Shown piece after piece: positions 12,769 through 28,757 of a stretch of DNA of 64,000 nucleotides; the first letter of the stretch is position 1, and each line of letters opens with the position of its first letter. The DNA lies in assembly GCA_951406725.2 (NCBI GenBank), contig OX597830.1, positions 6,696,001-6,760,000 of the forward strand, given 5' to 3'. The notes under the pieces were generated by a model that did no database searches, was not told the DNA's origin, and was given only the letters and a program-made list of their open reading frames with translations. Origin of the DNA: Octopus vulgaris. Lineage: Eukaryota. Made by a program: the position numbers and the translations under genes.

Positions 12769-13853
12769 ATATATGTATGAATGTATGTATTATACCCTGT
12801 GTGAAATCATGTTACGTACCGTGCGAGTTTACCGGGTGTATTTCTGTTGTATTTTCATAAATGGCCATAAATTCTGTATAACAACATTTTGTACGTTTTA
12901 TTTTTTCTCTTTCTATAAAGAAGGACACCACAGAGCATAAAGGGAGGAGATGGCAGGATGGGGATGGGGTGGGGTGGGGGGTCGATCTGTCTATTCAAAG
13001 ATTGTTGTCAATGAAGCATTCTCCGAAAATATTTCTTTAGCATAACCGTCTATCAAACTCCTCAAACTAGTGACACTCTCTGTATTATGCTCGGTGAATT
13101 CCTACAAAACATCTCCTACAAAGAAGAAAAATTAGCCGTCATTATGATACACAATCGTCTTCAACGAAATACCTGTACAAATTACCGCTCCATGGAACTG
13201 TCCTAGAAATCATTACTCAAAATATCTCATGCATTAACCTCGTATCAATAGGAAATTATAATTAATTTTTCAGATCCTAGATTGCAAATTACATACACGT
13301 AGATGTATGTTTCTAAATTATGAGACCACAACTGAAAATACGAAGAGAGAAATGGAGTGGGTGTAAGAAGCTCGCTCTAAGGAACTAACGAAATATTTTT
13401 ATCAAGACAACCCTACCAATATTACATTTTGGTAAGCATCAATGCTTCCACGTCTGTGTAAATTTATATTGCTTCAAAATATCCATGGCGTTTTCAATGT
13501 TGCAATCATCATATTATAATAGAGATCGATTTTGTATGAAACATTAGTGTGATATCAAAACATCGATAAAATATCGAATAGGTGTGATGGTATGGTGGTG
13601 TGCTTAAGACATACAGTTTCTTAGCTGCGGTTTCAATTTCAGTCTCGCTACACTTCTGTCGTGGTCACACTTCTTTTACTGAAGTCACGCGTCTTTTACT
13701 GCGATTTCACATTGGCAAAAATCGTACGAACGAAATTTTTAAGGCAGAAACTGTGTGGAAGCATGGCAAAAGGATCATCTCTCACCTCGCGGGTTCGATT
13801 TGATCGGTCAGCAAGTTAAATACCACCATCTGATCACACTTGACTGACTTTCA

Positions 13854-13884
<31 letters not shown>

Positions 13885-13974
13885 ACAGTAAACATTCAGG
13901 TTTCAGCCTTAGATACTCTGAAAAACAGTTACAGTCGCTACACTTCGTTGCCACAGTCAGAAAGATTTCTTTGT

Positions 13975-14175
13975 TAAGCACAACGCCAGCAGTTTTGATG
14001 GGAAGGGTACAGACAATGCTAGGGATCTCATTACATGACTAGTACCTTATTTTATCGATCTCTGAAAGATGGAAGCCAAAATTGACTTTAGCATAATTTG
14101 AAAGAAGGTGAAGAGTTGAAAGCAATCTGCAGGGTATTTTCTCCGTCCTTCTGATAAATTAATAGTTCACCACCC
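13975..14175 (-). mobile_element. Old, diverged family-C SINE
   Basis: gactagtaccttattttatcgatctctgaaagatggaagccaaaattgacttt resembles the family-C central domain. Confidence 0.55.
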
Positions 14176-15040
14176 ATGTTTCTCTAAATCATAATACAAC
14201 AGAATAGCCGAACCCAAAGTCGCATTAATATATATACTAGAATATTACCCGTCATAAGTCTGGGAACTTTGGAAATATAATTTTGCCAGCTTGGGTAATA
14301 TCAGGAAATATGACATTCATACAATAATGATGATTTAACTTTTATCAAATTTCTTGCTCCTTAAACAAAATTTATTAACTAAAATACTACTTCGCAATAC
14401 AAAATATTTATTACTTTTTGCTCTTAATATTATAAATTTTCCACTGGGCTATGTTTAATTAGATTTAAGTCTCAATAATTTAATGTACTTCTGCTATCAT
14501 TCCATGTACTCCTCTGTCTCATTTGCATACGTTAGAACGAAATTTTATATAAACCTATATCCATCTCCTTGTAATAACCAAAAATTGTCAAGAATGTGAT
14601 TTTATGAGGATAACTTTCCTGATGAAGGGGACATTGTCCGCATGATTTCTAAAGATTTCTATTAATTTTTCTACCAGGACAGGAACTCTGGAAACGGCCG
14701 TAGAAAGTGGAATTTCTTGAATTGTATTATATGCAGCACGGAATTTTGTCAGTGACGAAATTAAACGACGAAAATTGTTTGACAAATTAAGTTTAAATGC
14801 GGAAGTAAATCTAACGATGTTGTGTGTTTTTAAATGGTTTATCAACACCTTCCACGCTGCAATTGTTTTTGTTTCAGCATACGATCTCAGATCAGATCAC
14901 GCAAGTACATCTCCGTAATATTATATACCATTTATATACGAAAAAGAACAACATTGAATTGTATGGAACTTTTAATTGAAGCTCTTAACCGCTCTTAATT
15001 TTAGTACGAAAGCACATTTTTATGTTTTTTTTTCTCACAC

Positions 15041-15045
15041 TTTTT

Positions 15046-15097
<52 letters not shown>

Positions 15098-15119
15098 GAT
15101 GGGCTCTATTTACAAGTAT

Positions 15120-15177
<58 letters not shown>

Positions 15178-15284
15178 TATACATCGACATATATGAGTAT
15201 TTTTATAAATATAGATATAATTAAATATATATAAAGATACTTGTAAATAGAGCCCATCTATTATATATATATATATGGAAAAAA

Positions 15285-15285
<1 letters not shown>
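15041..15285. repeat. Inverted repeat with (TA)n inside the arms and spacer
   Basis: tttttcca(ta)n-atagatgggctctatttacaagtatctt is mirrored by aagatacttgtaaatagagcccatctat-(ta)n-tggaaaaa. Confidence 0.9.
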
Positions 15286-15341
<56 letters not shown>

Positions 15342-15529
15342 AGTTATATTTCGGGACGGTCATTTTTGGGGGCAAATAAACACACACACTATATATTCAT
15401 TGTTCACTTGACATTTATCGTTCTTATTTAATATCCTTTGTCTTGAAATCTTTCCTCACAGGTCCTATAGCGATTTTCCATCCCACTTGTCAGCCGCTGA
15501 AGAGATCACAGGATGTGTAACGAAAGAAC

Positions 15530-15596
<67 letters not shown>

Positions 15597-15730
15597 TTTG
15601 AAGTGATGAACGAATATATGGTGCGCGTGTTTATTTGACAAAAAAGAAAAAAAATGACCATGCCGAAACCTAACAAAATCTGTTTCAACACACGGTTTCA
15701 CGTCATGAATCTTCCGAGACAGATACACAA

Positions 15731-15766
<36 letters not shown>

Positions 15767-15869
15767 GTACATAAACTATTTTTCTATCTGTCTATCAGTT
15801 TCACGTTCTTGTGTATAGTTCCTCGTCAGCCCTCTTTTATTGTCGTTTGAACTTAATATTGTTTATTTA

Positions 15870-17620
<1,751 letters not shown>

Positions 17621-17635
17621 TCTCATTGTTCTTAC

Positions 17636-18166
17636 CTTGTAATCTAGCCTTTCTTATCACCGTGTGCTTGTTATGGCGTCCGGCTCCGCCCGTCCTCGCC
17701 ACCGCCTCGTTCTCGCTCTGTCCAATTAGCGTCTCTTCAGAGGTGTTAGTTAGGGCGGCGTTTCTTCTCTTTGCCCTTTGGCGGGAACCATTGTACAACA
17801 AAATATCACCAGCCACTGATGAACTAGCGCCATCTTTGTCCTCATGCCTGGTCCAGTTGTTGGTGCACATAGTGTTTATGTTGCTGTTGTTCATGTTGTC
17901 ATTGTTGTTGGCGGTGGTGGTCGCGGGATTGGTGGGGATAATGGAGAACTTGTTTTGATAGGGTGCAGCAGCAGGAACAACAACAACGAAGGCCTCATCA
18001 CCATCATCGGCATCATCACCATCATTATCAGCATCGGGGGCAGTAGCAGCAGTAGTAACAGTAGTAAAAGGAATGGTAGGAACAGTAGACACTGCTGCAG
18101 AAGCAGTCTGCTGCATGCAATTCTTCTGTGAATCCATAATTGACGCCATGGACACTTCTGAATATA
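17636..18166 (-). CDS. Candidate coding exon of an unidentified host gene (low-complexity, probably disordered segment [11 protein letters not shown]...[14 protein letters not shown])
   Basis: 531-nt open frame bounded by acceptor tttatcatttgcag| (exon starts 18166) and donor CAAG|gtaaga (exon ends 17636). In-frame ATG at 18149. GC-richer non-TE sequence between microsatellites. No domain recognised. Confidence 0.45.
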
Positions 18167-18190
18167 CTGCAAATGATAAAATAGACAGAC

Positions 18191-18235
<45 letters not shown>

Positions 18236-18363
18236 TGCATATGAAAGTATTTGTCTGTATATATATATATATATATGTGTGTGTGTATGTGTGTATATAT
18301 GCATATACATACAAAACCATATACATATATATATATATGGTTTTGTGTGTATATGCATATATG

Positions 18364-18433
<70 letters not shown>

Positions 18434-18503
18434 ACTGTGTGTCTGTATAATTGTGGTGCACTTTAGTTTTATGATTACATGTGTGTGTGCGTGTGTGTGT
18501 GTT

Positions 18504-18582
<79 letters not shown>

Positions 18583-18683
18583 GACGTGCAAGAAGAAAAG
18601 ACTTAAAGAGAAATGATAAGGAAGAAATGGATGTAGATGTAGGAAGACATTTTGAAGGAAGTGACGAACTGCAAGAAAACATT

Positions 18684-18703
18684 CTTATTATCATTATATT
18701 TAA

Positions 18704-18760
<57 letters not shown>

Positions 18761-18825
18761 TATATTTTTATTGTTATTATTATTATTATTATTACTATTA
18801 TTATTATTATTATTATTACTGTTAA

Positions 18826-18874
<49 letters not shown>

Positions 18875-18895
18875 GTTATTATTATTATCATTATT

Positions 18896-18926
<31 letters not shown>

Positions 18927-18990
18927 GTAGTAGTAGTAGTAGTATTATTAGTATTATTATTATTGTTGTTATTATTGTTATTATCATCCT
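18684..18990. repeat. (ATT)n microsatellite
   Basis: Direct reading. Confidence 0.95.
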
Positions 18991-19951
18991 ATTAAATTTT
19001 ATTGTTGCTATTGTTGACGTTTGACAATCTTCGTCGTTTTGTTCTTGATGTAAATTTATTTCGTAAAAAAACACTTTTTTTTTCTTTTTGTAAGTTTTCA
19101 TTGACTTAAATATTTCTTTCCTTTTTTTCTTCTCTTAGACTTTGAAACCTTTTGTCTTTCTTGTTTGTTTGTTTTTTTTCTTTTATATACTTTTCTCCTT
19201 TACCTACTTTTCTTTTCTTATATTTGTCAGAAGAGGGACAGTATCAAGTTGATTTGTTGCTTTTGTGTTTGGGTTCAAAATTTATTCAGAAATCAATGGT
19301 TGGAACTAAGAATATATCCAGTGATACACATAATTTTAAAACATTCGTTCATTGTTTCTCGGCTTCCGGCATTACTTCTTCTTTTCATTTATTAATTTTT
19401 TAAACATATTTTTCGTCTGTTTTGTCTACTCGTCGTGTTTATCTTCCTGAATCTTTTTGGATTTTTGTTCGTTCATATATATATTTTGTATAATTTTTAT
19501 CTATTTTTAACTTCATCCTTACGTTTTTCGATATAATTAACTCACACCATCACATATATTTGTGTGTGTGTGTGTGTGTTTGTGTGTGTGTATGTGTGAG
19601 TGAGTATGTGTGTGCGTGTGTCTGTGTGTGTATGTGTGTATCTGTGTGTATATGTATATATATATATATATATATATAGGTATGTAGTTACGTATGTATG
19701 TATGAAGTCTATGTGTGTATCTGTGTGTATATGTATATATATATGTAGGTATGTAGTTATGTATGTATGTATAAAGTCTATGTGTCTATGTAAGGTGCGC
19801 AAACATAGCTCATCAATACAACAGAATATTTTTTAGTGCACAGTATCTGAGCAAGGGGCTCAACTAAATATTCACGCTTTAGAGCCATGCTATAGTGAAA
19901 TTTAATGGCTAAAATGAAAGACTGATAGCGATTACACCAACCTCATATCCT

Positions 19952-20031
<80 letters not shown>

Positions 20032-20094
20032 AGACAAGAAAAAGGTAATGAAAAATCGGATGTTGATAATTGTTTATAATTAACAAATCATCAT

Positions 20095-20178
20095 CCCTTA
20101 CAGGTGTTTCAATTAATACTAAGCAAATATTAAGAAAATATTAAATTTATATAATTTGAATATAATATCTTCAGAGGG
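20095..20178 (-). ncRNA. Degenerate hammerhead-like motif in a probable Penelope pseudo-LTR remnant
   Basis: Minus strand ccct-CTGAAGA-(57 nt AT-rich)-GAAAC-acct-GTA-aggg. Stem I ccct/aggg is perfect; stem II is poorly paired. Confidence 0.5.
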
Positions 20179-20369
20179 CAAAAATATACCTTTAGATGTT
20201 TTATATGTGTTTATGGATTCATTATAGCAGACTGAAATGATATAAACTATATGTTTTTATATATACCAATTATTTTAAGGAAATTAATTCCTCAAAAATA
20301 GTAGGTATTGAACCAGTATGTCCTTGAATGAAGCCATCCATTCATGAGGTTAACATAACCTCTACTCGA

Positions 20370-20415
<46 letters not shown>

Positions 20416-20619
20416 ATTCAATTATGAATTAAAAGCAGGTTTAGTGTTGCAAACATTGTCGACCGCACGTATCCAATGCATGTGTTTAGCTTGTTTGCCA
20501 ATTTGCGGAAGCAGCTCTCAGGAGATAACTCCCTCATTGCATTGAGTTACAAAACCTCTGACAGATAGATATCTATCACTCCATCATTCCGGGATGGGAC
20601 TGGAGGCTACTTATCTCAC

Positions 20620-20960
20620 CTGTCTATGACTTTCAGGTGTTTTAACACCCACTGCTATGAAGAAGGCATCCCTAGAGCGCCGTTCGTCAGAGAATCCGTG
20701 AAGAACGAGAACAACGGTCTTCCTTTACCTCGATATCCCTCCATTTGTTGACCATACCAAAGAATTTTTGAAATGCAGTCATCTTCCTTTCGAACAACAT
20801 GTCCTGCTCATCTGCATTGAATTCTCAGCAGAATGCTTTGGATACTGGAGATATATTTTGTTCAGATTTTGATATTGGATATCTTATTTTACCATTTTAT
20901 ATCGCAGATGTATATACACGAACTATTAAGAGTTAAAATATGCATGGACGTATTAGGTGT
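20620..20960 (-). mobile_element. RTE (BovB-like) LINE 3' remnant
   Basis: Minus frame ILLRIQCR*AGHVVRKEDDCISKILWYGQQMEGYRGKGRP matches RTE C-terminal RWAGHV.RM.D...K..LYG....R..GRP. Confidence 0.75.
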
Positions 20961-21082
20961 ACCTCAATTTAAACAACACACATTCTGGAAAAAAGATTTT
21001 AGTGCGTTGAGCTTACGGAGCGGAGTTTTGGGATGTGTTTATCGGTGGTGAGAGGAAGTGCCTCTTATATGCCATCAAATAT

Positions 21083-21384
21083 TGTTTGTTCCTTCTCAAA
21101 CCATGCCTGGCTCAGAAGGCCGGTTTCCAGGTTTCCATGGCGTATAGGCTCCCCACCTGGACGGGATGCCGGTCCGTTGCAGGTGAGCTGCAAGATGCAA
21201 GAGGAAAGAGTGAGAAAAAGTTGTAGCGAAAGAGTCAGCAGAAGTTCGCCATTACCTTCTGCCGGAGCCGCGTAGAGCTTAGGTGTTTCGCTCATAAACA
21301 CATACATCGTCCGGTCTGAGATTCGAATCCGCCATCCTTCGACTGCAAGTCCGCTGCTCTAAATACTAGGCCATGTGTCTCCAC
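21083..21384 (-). mobile_element. tRNA-derived SINE, family A
   Basis: Reverse complement of 4391-4702. TSD gccatc(a/t)aatat at 21071-21082 and 21385-21396. Confidence 0.92.
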
Positions 21385-22701
21385 GCCATCTAATATGGTT
21401 ATGCTAAAATGTAATCGAAAACCTCTGTGTCAATGCAATGAAAACTCAGGTGAATTTATCTAAATTTATTTTTGTAAATATTAAGTCATTTGTCTATGTA
21501 ACTAGGTGTTTCAGTACTGATCTCGGGAGCAAAAATCAGAACGGGAACCTCTAATTCGGAAATTAATGCTAGAAACCATTAAAGGAATTGTGAAAATATG
21601 TAAAATGTTCCTAAAGGTTAGTGTGTAATATGTGTATATAGATTTATGTAGATATACAAAATGTGTGTGTTCACATAAGAAACAGTAGCCATAACGCGCA
21701 AGCGAGAATCACATGGTGCCATGTAGCATGATTTCGTCAAATGTTTCAAATGTTTATATAGTCTCCAGGCGACATCGAACACCTTCTCAGACGCTGCACG
21801 CTTGTTCCATTGGAATATCGTGTAACAGCTGGAAGAAGACACGGATGCATTAGTGCTGGATTGTAATTCAATTCAGGTGTGTGTACTCGAGGAAACGAAA
21901 TGAAGTCCATTGCTCAAGAACATAATGCGTCTAGAAATTGAATTTACAATCTTATGACCATGACATTAGACGCTAACCACTACACCATGCGACTTCATTT
22001 GTGAATTCATATGAATACAGGAACACATTATTCTCAAGTAAAATAGCATCCATTTTGTGCATATTCAGAGAGAGAAAACCACTCATAATTTTTTCTAACA
22101 TACTCTGCTGTAAAAAGAATTATGCAGCTGCTAACGATGTCTATATGTAGCTGATACTTCACATTTTTTCCGACTCATTGCCACGTCTTGGACCGGTGTA
22201 TATTCTGCGCTGACCGATGAAATATTTATCAAAAATAGCGAATCTAGGATGGAATCTTTTTTTGCCGCATACACTAAATGCATACGCGCATATACACACG
22301 CAGCGCATACATGCATGAATTCATACATACATACATACATACATACATACATACATACATACATACATACATACATACATACATACGTACGTACAGTATA
22401 TTTGCGTCCATACATACGTACGTATGTAAGTAAATATACTGTAAAACTTTGCGAACGTTTGACATATATGAATACAAGTACATATGTATATATTTCTGAG
22501 TGGAACAGCATCTATGAATATTCATACATAAAACAAAGCAGACTCACTCATATCCTGACTCCAGCAACTTCTACACATACATAAATGCACAACTGTCCTG
22601 CTGATGTTGTTGAAACTCTAGCAAAGGAGCCTCGGATCTAGTTTAGAAAACCGGCTCTTTCGCCCTGGACAGGAAATCGGGTAATTGAGCCAAATGATCC
22701 G

Positions 22702-22912
22702 TTCTACTAAAGGCACAAGGCCCGAAATTTGCGGGGAGGGGACTAGTCGATTAAATCAACCCCCAGTGTTTCACTGGTACTTAATTTATCGAGCCCGAAA
22801 AGTGAAAGGCGAAGTTGACCTTGGTGGGGTTTGAGCTCTGAACGTAGCGGCAGACGAAATTGCGCTAAGCATTTCGTCCGGTGTGCCAACGATTCTGCCA
22901 GCTTGCTGCCTT
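22702..22912 (-). mobile_element. tRNA-derived SINE, family C
   Basis: ctggtacttaatttatcgagcccgaaaagtgaaaggcgaagttgacc ... gattctgccagcttgctgcc, collinear with 3093 and 27299. Confidence 0.85.
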
Positions 22913-23482
22913 CATTGAACCAAATAATAACGAACATATATTGATGCATAGACTCAGATAAAGGGACACGTATACTTTGTTGATATTATTTACATTCCAA
23001 TGAAAGACGTATGATGTCTTTGGGTTAGAAACCAGTTCATTTTACAATGCAGAAGGATTATAGAAATGACGCTAGAACATGTATACGTTCGTTTATATAT
23101 ATATATATATATATATATATGTTTGTATGTAGAGATGTATGTATGTATATGCGTGTATATGTGTTATGTGTGTGTGTGTGCGCGCGTGTAAAAAGAACAC
23201 AAATGGCGTTTAAAGCCCTCTTATACTTACGCCACACTTGGAGCCAATAGAAAGTGTCAGATATATAATCTAAATCGTATTTGGTACTTACATATCTATA
23301 GTCTCTATCCTACCATCATGTGATAGCTTCAATATTGTTTACCTCACTGAACTCTTTTGTTATCGTTCCTAGCCAATTCTGGCGTCCTATGTGTAGATGA
23401 GCCTAGGATCTCTTGAATACTTTACAATACACGCACACACACATACACACACTTATATGTGCGTGTATATACATACATACAA

Positions 23483-23514
<32 letters not shown>

Positions 23515-23516
23515 CG

Positions 23517-23605
23517 TATCAGGACAATTAGCCCCTATGATAATTACCCTCCATAGGACAATTTCCCCCGACGACAGCTACCCCCTAGAACAATTATACC
23601 CCTTG
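23517..23605. repeat. Short degenerate tandem array of a ggacaattncccc-like unit
   Basis: ggacaattagcccc, gataattaccctcc, ggacaatttccccc, gacagctaccccc, gaacaattatacccc. Confidence 0.6.
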
Positions 23606-23686
23606 GTTAATTACTTCCTCTCCAATATATTAAGAAGTTTTAAATCATCATCTGTTGTCTCAGGGGTATAGAAAAAAAGTAAAAGA

Positions 23687-23728
<42 letters not shown>

Positions 23729-24228
23729 TCATAAATGCATACGATATATCCCTTCATGATATAACTAATAACATACCGACATTACAACAAAATTAGGACT
23801 TACCTACGTTTTTATTCCAGATGCAAGATCAATCGCTATTATCCAAGTTCAGTCAATATCAATCAACAGTTATTTGAAATAATCGAAATCGATATATTTA
23901 GTTAATCTGCAAATTGAGTAGATTAACGAACAGTTTGTTGTATCAAAACAAGAACAACGTCTTACAATGCATATATATTGATTTGCATGTTTGACTGAAG
24001 CAGTGATGATTCTTAATACCAGTAATATCCTGGAACGTGTTCAATGCCGTATCTTCTTTAAATTAAGGCATGTTGTAGTTAATCGAATTAAAATTTCTAT
24101 TGATTAATTTTAACTCGGTATTTCCTCAATATTGTTTCATTTAGATTGTGTATGAGTTATAAATTAAAATTTACGTGTGTGTGTGTGTGTTTGGGTGTTT
24201 CTATATGTGCAATCAACAGAGTCGGTGC

Positions 24229-24307
<79 letters not shown>

Positions 24308-24932
24308 GTTGTATGCAATAGGTCTTCGTTTGAAAAAGGTTGCCGCCGCTGCGTTTAAGGGTTCGCAAGATGATGGTTGGTCCTCGAGTAAACGTTTCTA
24401 GTTTATTCTCTTCGTAGTCACATTCGCTTTTTGTTTGTGTCTCTTCGTACAAACTTCAAACAGTCCTCAACGTTATAATATCCTCGCGCATATCTCTTGT
24501 ATGACCCTCCTTCTGTAAACCCTTAACTCTTTTTAGTCCCGTCACTCGATATAGGCCTTCATCTTCACAAACAATTCCTCCAATAATAATTCTTACTCTC
24601 TTTTTCTGACTCCAATTAAAATTAACAGCATTATCCCTCTACAAAGGTCAACGGTTAACATCTTGCGTACTTTGCCTGTAAGAAACCGGTCGAGTTCTCC
24701 GTGATGCGGTAGGTTTTTATTTCAATCTCTGGTCGCAGTATCCTAGTTCATTTCACAGGTTTGTGGTGTGTTGTGTTTCCATACATTTGTGGCTGGTTTA
24801 CTTCCCAATATCATGATGTATTTCCATACATTCCTGGCAGAAGGATTTACCGGCAAATCTTCTCTTGCATTCTTTCACCTGTTGGACGCCATAGCACTGA
24901 CAGTCACGTGGTCGTCATCGCAACACTAGTAA

Positions 24933-25016
<84 letters not shown>

Positions 25017-25042
25017 TAGTAGTCGTGGTCGTGGTCGTGGTG

Positions 25043-25075
<33 letters not shown>

Positions 25076-26306
25076 ATGATGATTATGGTTGTAGCAGTGG
25101 TATCAGAAGCGGCAGCAGCAGCAGCAATATTATTATTATTATTATTAGTAGTAGTAGTAGTAGTAGTAGTTGTAGTAGTAGTAGTTAAGGAGGCTATGGT
25201 CAACGTGATGATCCTGATGATAGTGGGGTTGGACATGCTGGAGGTCGCGTTAAAAGAGGCGACGGCGCCGAAGTTTTAGACGATGATGATGATGCTGGAA
25301 GTGGCGTGGGTGTTTGGGAGCTTGTTGAGGGGGGTAGTCGGAGGAGAAACTTAATGCCGGTTGTCTCGGTTTTGTGTTGATGGAGGCGGGGGAGGGAGCG
25401 GAGGGGGCGTAGTAACCGATGGAAATTTGAGGATTGTGGAAATGGATAAATGAGGGACGGTGCTGACATGATGATAATCACGACGACGACGACCATGAGG
25501 ATGGTTGAGGTGGTAGTGGTGGTGGTTGGGGGGGAGGAGAAGGTGGTGCTGGTGCTGGTGCTGGTAATGTTGCTATTGGTAGTGGTGATGTTGAAGATGA
25601 TAGTGGGGGGGGGGTGAGCGTGGTGGAGAGTGGTGTAGGTGATTGCGATATAGATGGTGTTGACAGTGGTTATAACGAGGACAACGATGACGATGATGAT
25701 GATGATCATCATCATCATGTTTTGTAGTTCGCACCATTTTCTTTGATTTATGACTTGAGAACCTAAGAGAAATAGCGTCCCTTTTCTTTAAAGCTGGTGG
25801 CGGAGGTGAACAACTGAGAGAGATTTGGTTGTTATTACTTGCATCTTGTGTAACCCCATAGAGGCATTGGAGTTATCTGCCTGGTACTGGTGGTGGAACG
25901 GTGCTGTTGTTTTGGTATTGGTCGTGGTGAATCTGTGCTTAAAGACGTGACGTAATGAAAGGAGAAGGGAGAGAGGGGGAGAGAAAGGGATAGAGAGAGA
26001 GAGAGAAAGAAAGAGTATGTGGGGGGGATAAGGTGCGGTGGGTCATGTGGTGACGGAAGATCAAACCTAGCGTAAACTGAATTCCTCGTTATTGAATTAC
26101 CCATGTTGTATCACATCAGCTCATGTTTAATCTACGCCCGACACTCACCTAAAACAACAGTATCACTCCTTGAGTTCCTTATATATGTATGTGCATATAC
26201 ATATGTGTGTGTATGTGTGTGTGTGCACGTATGTGTATGCCTGTATGTAAAGTAACACACACACATACATACATATACATACTACATACTGAACAGATCG
26301 AAAACC

Positions 26307-26363
<57 letters not shown>

Positions 26364-26368
26364 GTAGG

Positions 26369-26431
<63 letters not shown>

Positions 26432-26436
26432 GTAGG

Positions 26437-26500
<64 letters not shown>
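26307..26500. repeat. (AGAT)n tetranucleotide microsatellite (similar tracts at 36695-36775, 38572-38750, 40130-40264, 63237-63400)
   Basis: Direct reading. Source of the (SIYL)n ORFs. Confidence 0.95.
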
Positions 26501-27037
26501 CATACGTCCGTATATACAAACATGCTTGTTTTCCAAACGTGACTGGATAAGTTGTCGACGACTCAACAACCGACTAACAGTTGTGTATTTAACTAAATAT
26601 GAAGAAATGACCACCACTACCTCAAAAGGCGCAGTCACACACATAGACACGTGTGTGACCCGCGTGTGTATGTGGAGGGTATCATCGCTATGCACAGTGC
26701 CCATGCGTGAGCAGGTGTCTGGGTAAGTGGGTGGATGTTAAATAAAATGGCGCAAGTGTTTGCAAATGTCTTTAATCCCTGTTAACAGTTAAGCCAGTGT
26801 GTGTTCAGTTGCTGATTTCTGTGGAACTCATTTTGGTAGCGATTAAGTGGAAGCAGCGAATCCATTTTCGGTATGGCAACAGGAACAACAACAACAACAA
26901 TATTAGTAAAAGCAGCTGCTCTCAGTAACAAAGCCGGAAAGAGAAACAACATCAAGATTAACAGGAACAACAAGCAGCGGCAACAATAGCAGGCCAAACA
27001 CACACACACACACTTACATACACACACACACACTTAC

Positions 27038-27070
<33 letters not shown>

Positions 27071-27210
27071 AACAAACACAAACACGCACATTGTTGCAAT
27101 ACCAACAACAGCACGAATAAAACCAAGAACGGAATCAAGAATAGCAACAATAATTACTACTACTGCTATATCTATAGCAGCAGCAGCACCAGCAGTAGCA
27201 GCAGCAGTAA

Positions 27211-27298
<88 letters not shown>

Positions 27299-27506
27299 CC
27301 TTTCTTCTATAGGCACAAGGCTTGAAGAATTTTAGGGAATGGGGCGGGTGGGGTGGGGAAGTCGATTACATAACTGGTACTTATTTAATCGACCCTGAAA
27401 TGATGAAAGGCAACGTCAACTTCTGCGGAATTTGAACGCCGAACGTAAAGACAGGCGTTAAGCATTCTGGTCCGGCGTCCTAACGACTCTGCCAGCTCGA
27501 CTCCTT
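27299..27506 (-). mobile_element. tRNA-derived SINE, family C
   Basis: Collinear with 22702-22912; its 3' end abuts a (TAG)n tract. Confidence 0.82.
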
Positions 27507-28290
27507 ACTTGTAGCGGTAGTGGTAGAGGTAGAATTAATAGTCGTCGTTGTCGCTGTTCTAGTATGATATGGAACTGCTATCAGGCACTTCTGGCGGCGG
27601 CTGTGGTGGTGGTGGTGGTGGTGGTGGTGGTGGTGGTGGTGGTGGTACTGCTGATGATGATGAAGGAAGTAAAAGAGGTGAAACAAGATATAAGAAACAT
27701 AACTATGGTGGAAATTTAATATACAAAATTGATGGAAAGAAAAAAGAGGGAATAAGAGATAGACTCAGAGAGACAGAATCAGAAAGAGGGGAGTAGAAGG
27801 AGAGAGAGAGAGAGAAAGGAAGAGAGAGAAAAAAAGAAAGGGAGAGAGCGAGAGAAAAAGAAAGGGAAAGAGAGCGAGAGAAAGAAAGGGAGAGAGAGAG
27901 AGAGGGGGTTCTGAAAAGAAAAGAAGTGATGGTATATGGAACAGATCAAGAGGATATCTGGAAGGAAGAGATTAACTTGAGAGAAACGAAGGATTAGCTT
28001 AACAAGGATTATATCTTAGCCATAAAGAAAAACGAAGCAGAGACACAGAGAGAGAGAGAGAGAGGAGAGAGAGATGAAGGGAAAGGTTGGTCGAAATGGC
28101 AGCGATGTAAAGTAGATTCCTTGATTTAGACGCCTTGGCGAATTGTCGTTAATGGTGTTTTCTCAGCTTCATGGCTTAAATATTGATCTATCAGGAGAAT
28201 TGCTTTAGCATCGAACATATTTGATCATGCAGTATATGTGTGTGTGTGTGCGCGTGTGTGTTGAGTGTGCGCGTGTGTGCGTGTATATAC

Positions 28291-28329
<39 letters not shown>

Positions 28330-28337
<8 letters not shown>

Positions 28338-28697
28338 TATAAACACATGTATATACTTCGTCTTTGGCGACGCGCGTGTCCTGCCCATCCGGTGTTGTGT
28401 GTGGAGTGCCCACCCCCCATCCAAGTCTAAGCTGCACACCTCAGTATAAGCCCTAGCCGGGGCCGGTTTTTATCATGGTCGGTGCCAATCGCTGTGATAG
28501 ATCGTTAGCCGCTACACACATTTTTTCTCTCCTTTTTTCTCTCCTTGTTTCTCTCCTTGTTTTTTTCTGTGTCTCTTTCTATAGAAGAGCGTAGGCTCGA
28601 AACGTAAAAGACTTTTTCTATTCCTGAGTGTTATACTAATATATCTGTTTGTTTTGTACACCACCTGTCTTCGTCTTTTGTTTTTTTCGTAAACTCT

Positions 28698-28757
<60 letters not shown>

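Noticed and set aside
14230-14990. 86-aa minus ORF (14588-14848) and a tactag...acccg start resembling a non-autonomous Helitron-like repeat
   Set aside because: No recognisable domain or splice signals, and I could not identify the second terminus.
24320-24910. Unique purine-rich minus-strand block that could be a 5' UTR exon
   Set aside because: No sustained ORF or clear splice donor; needs transcript data.
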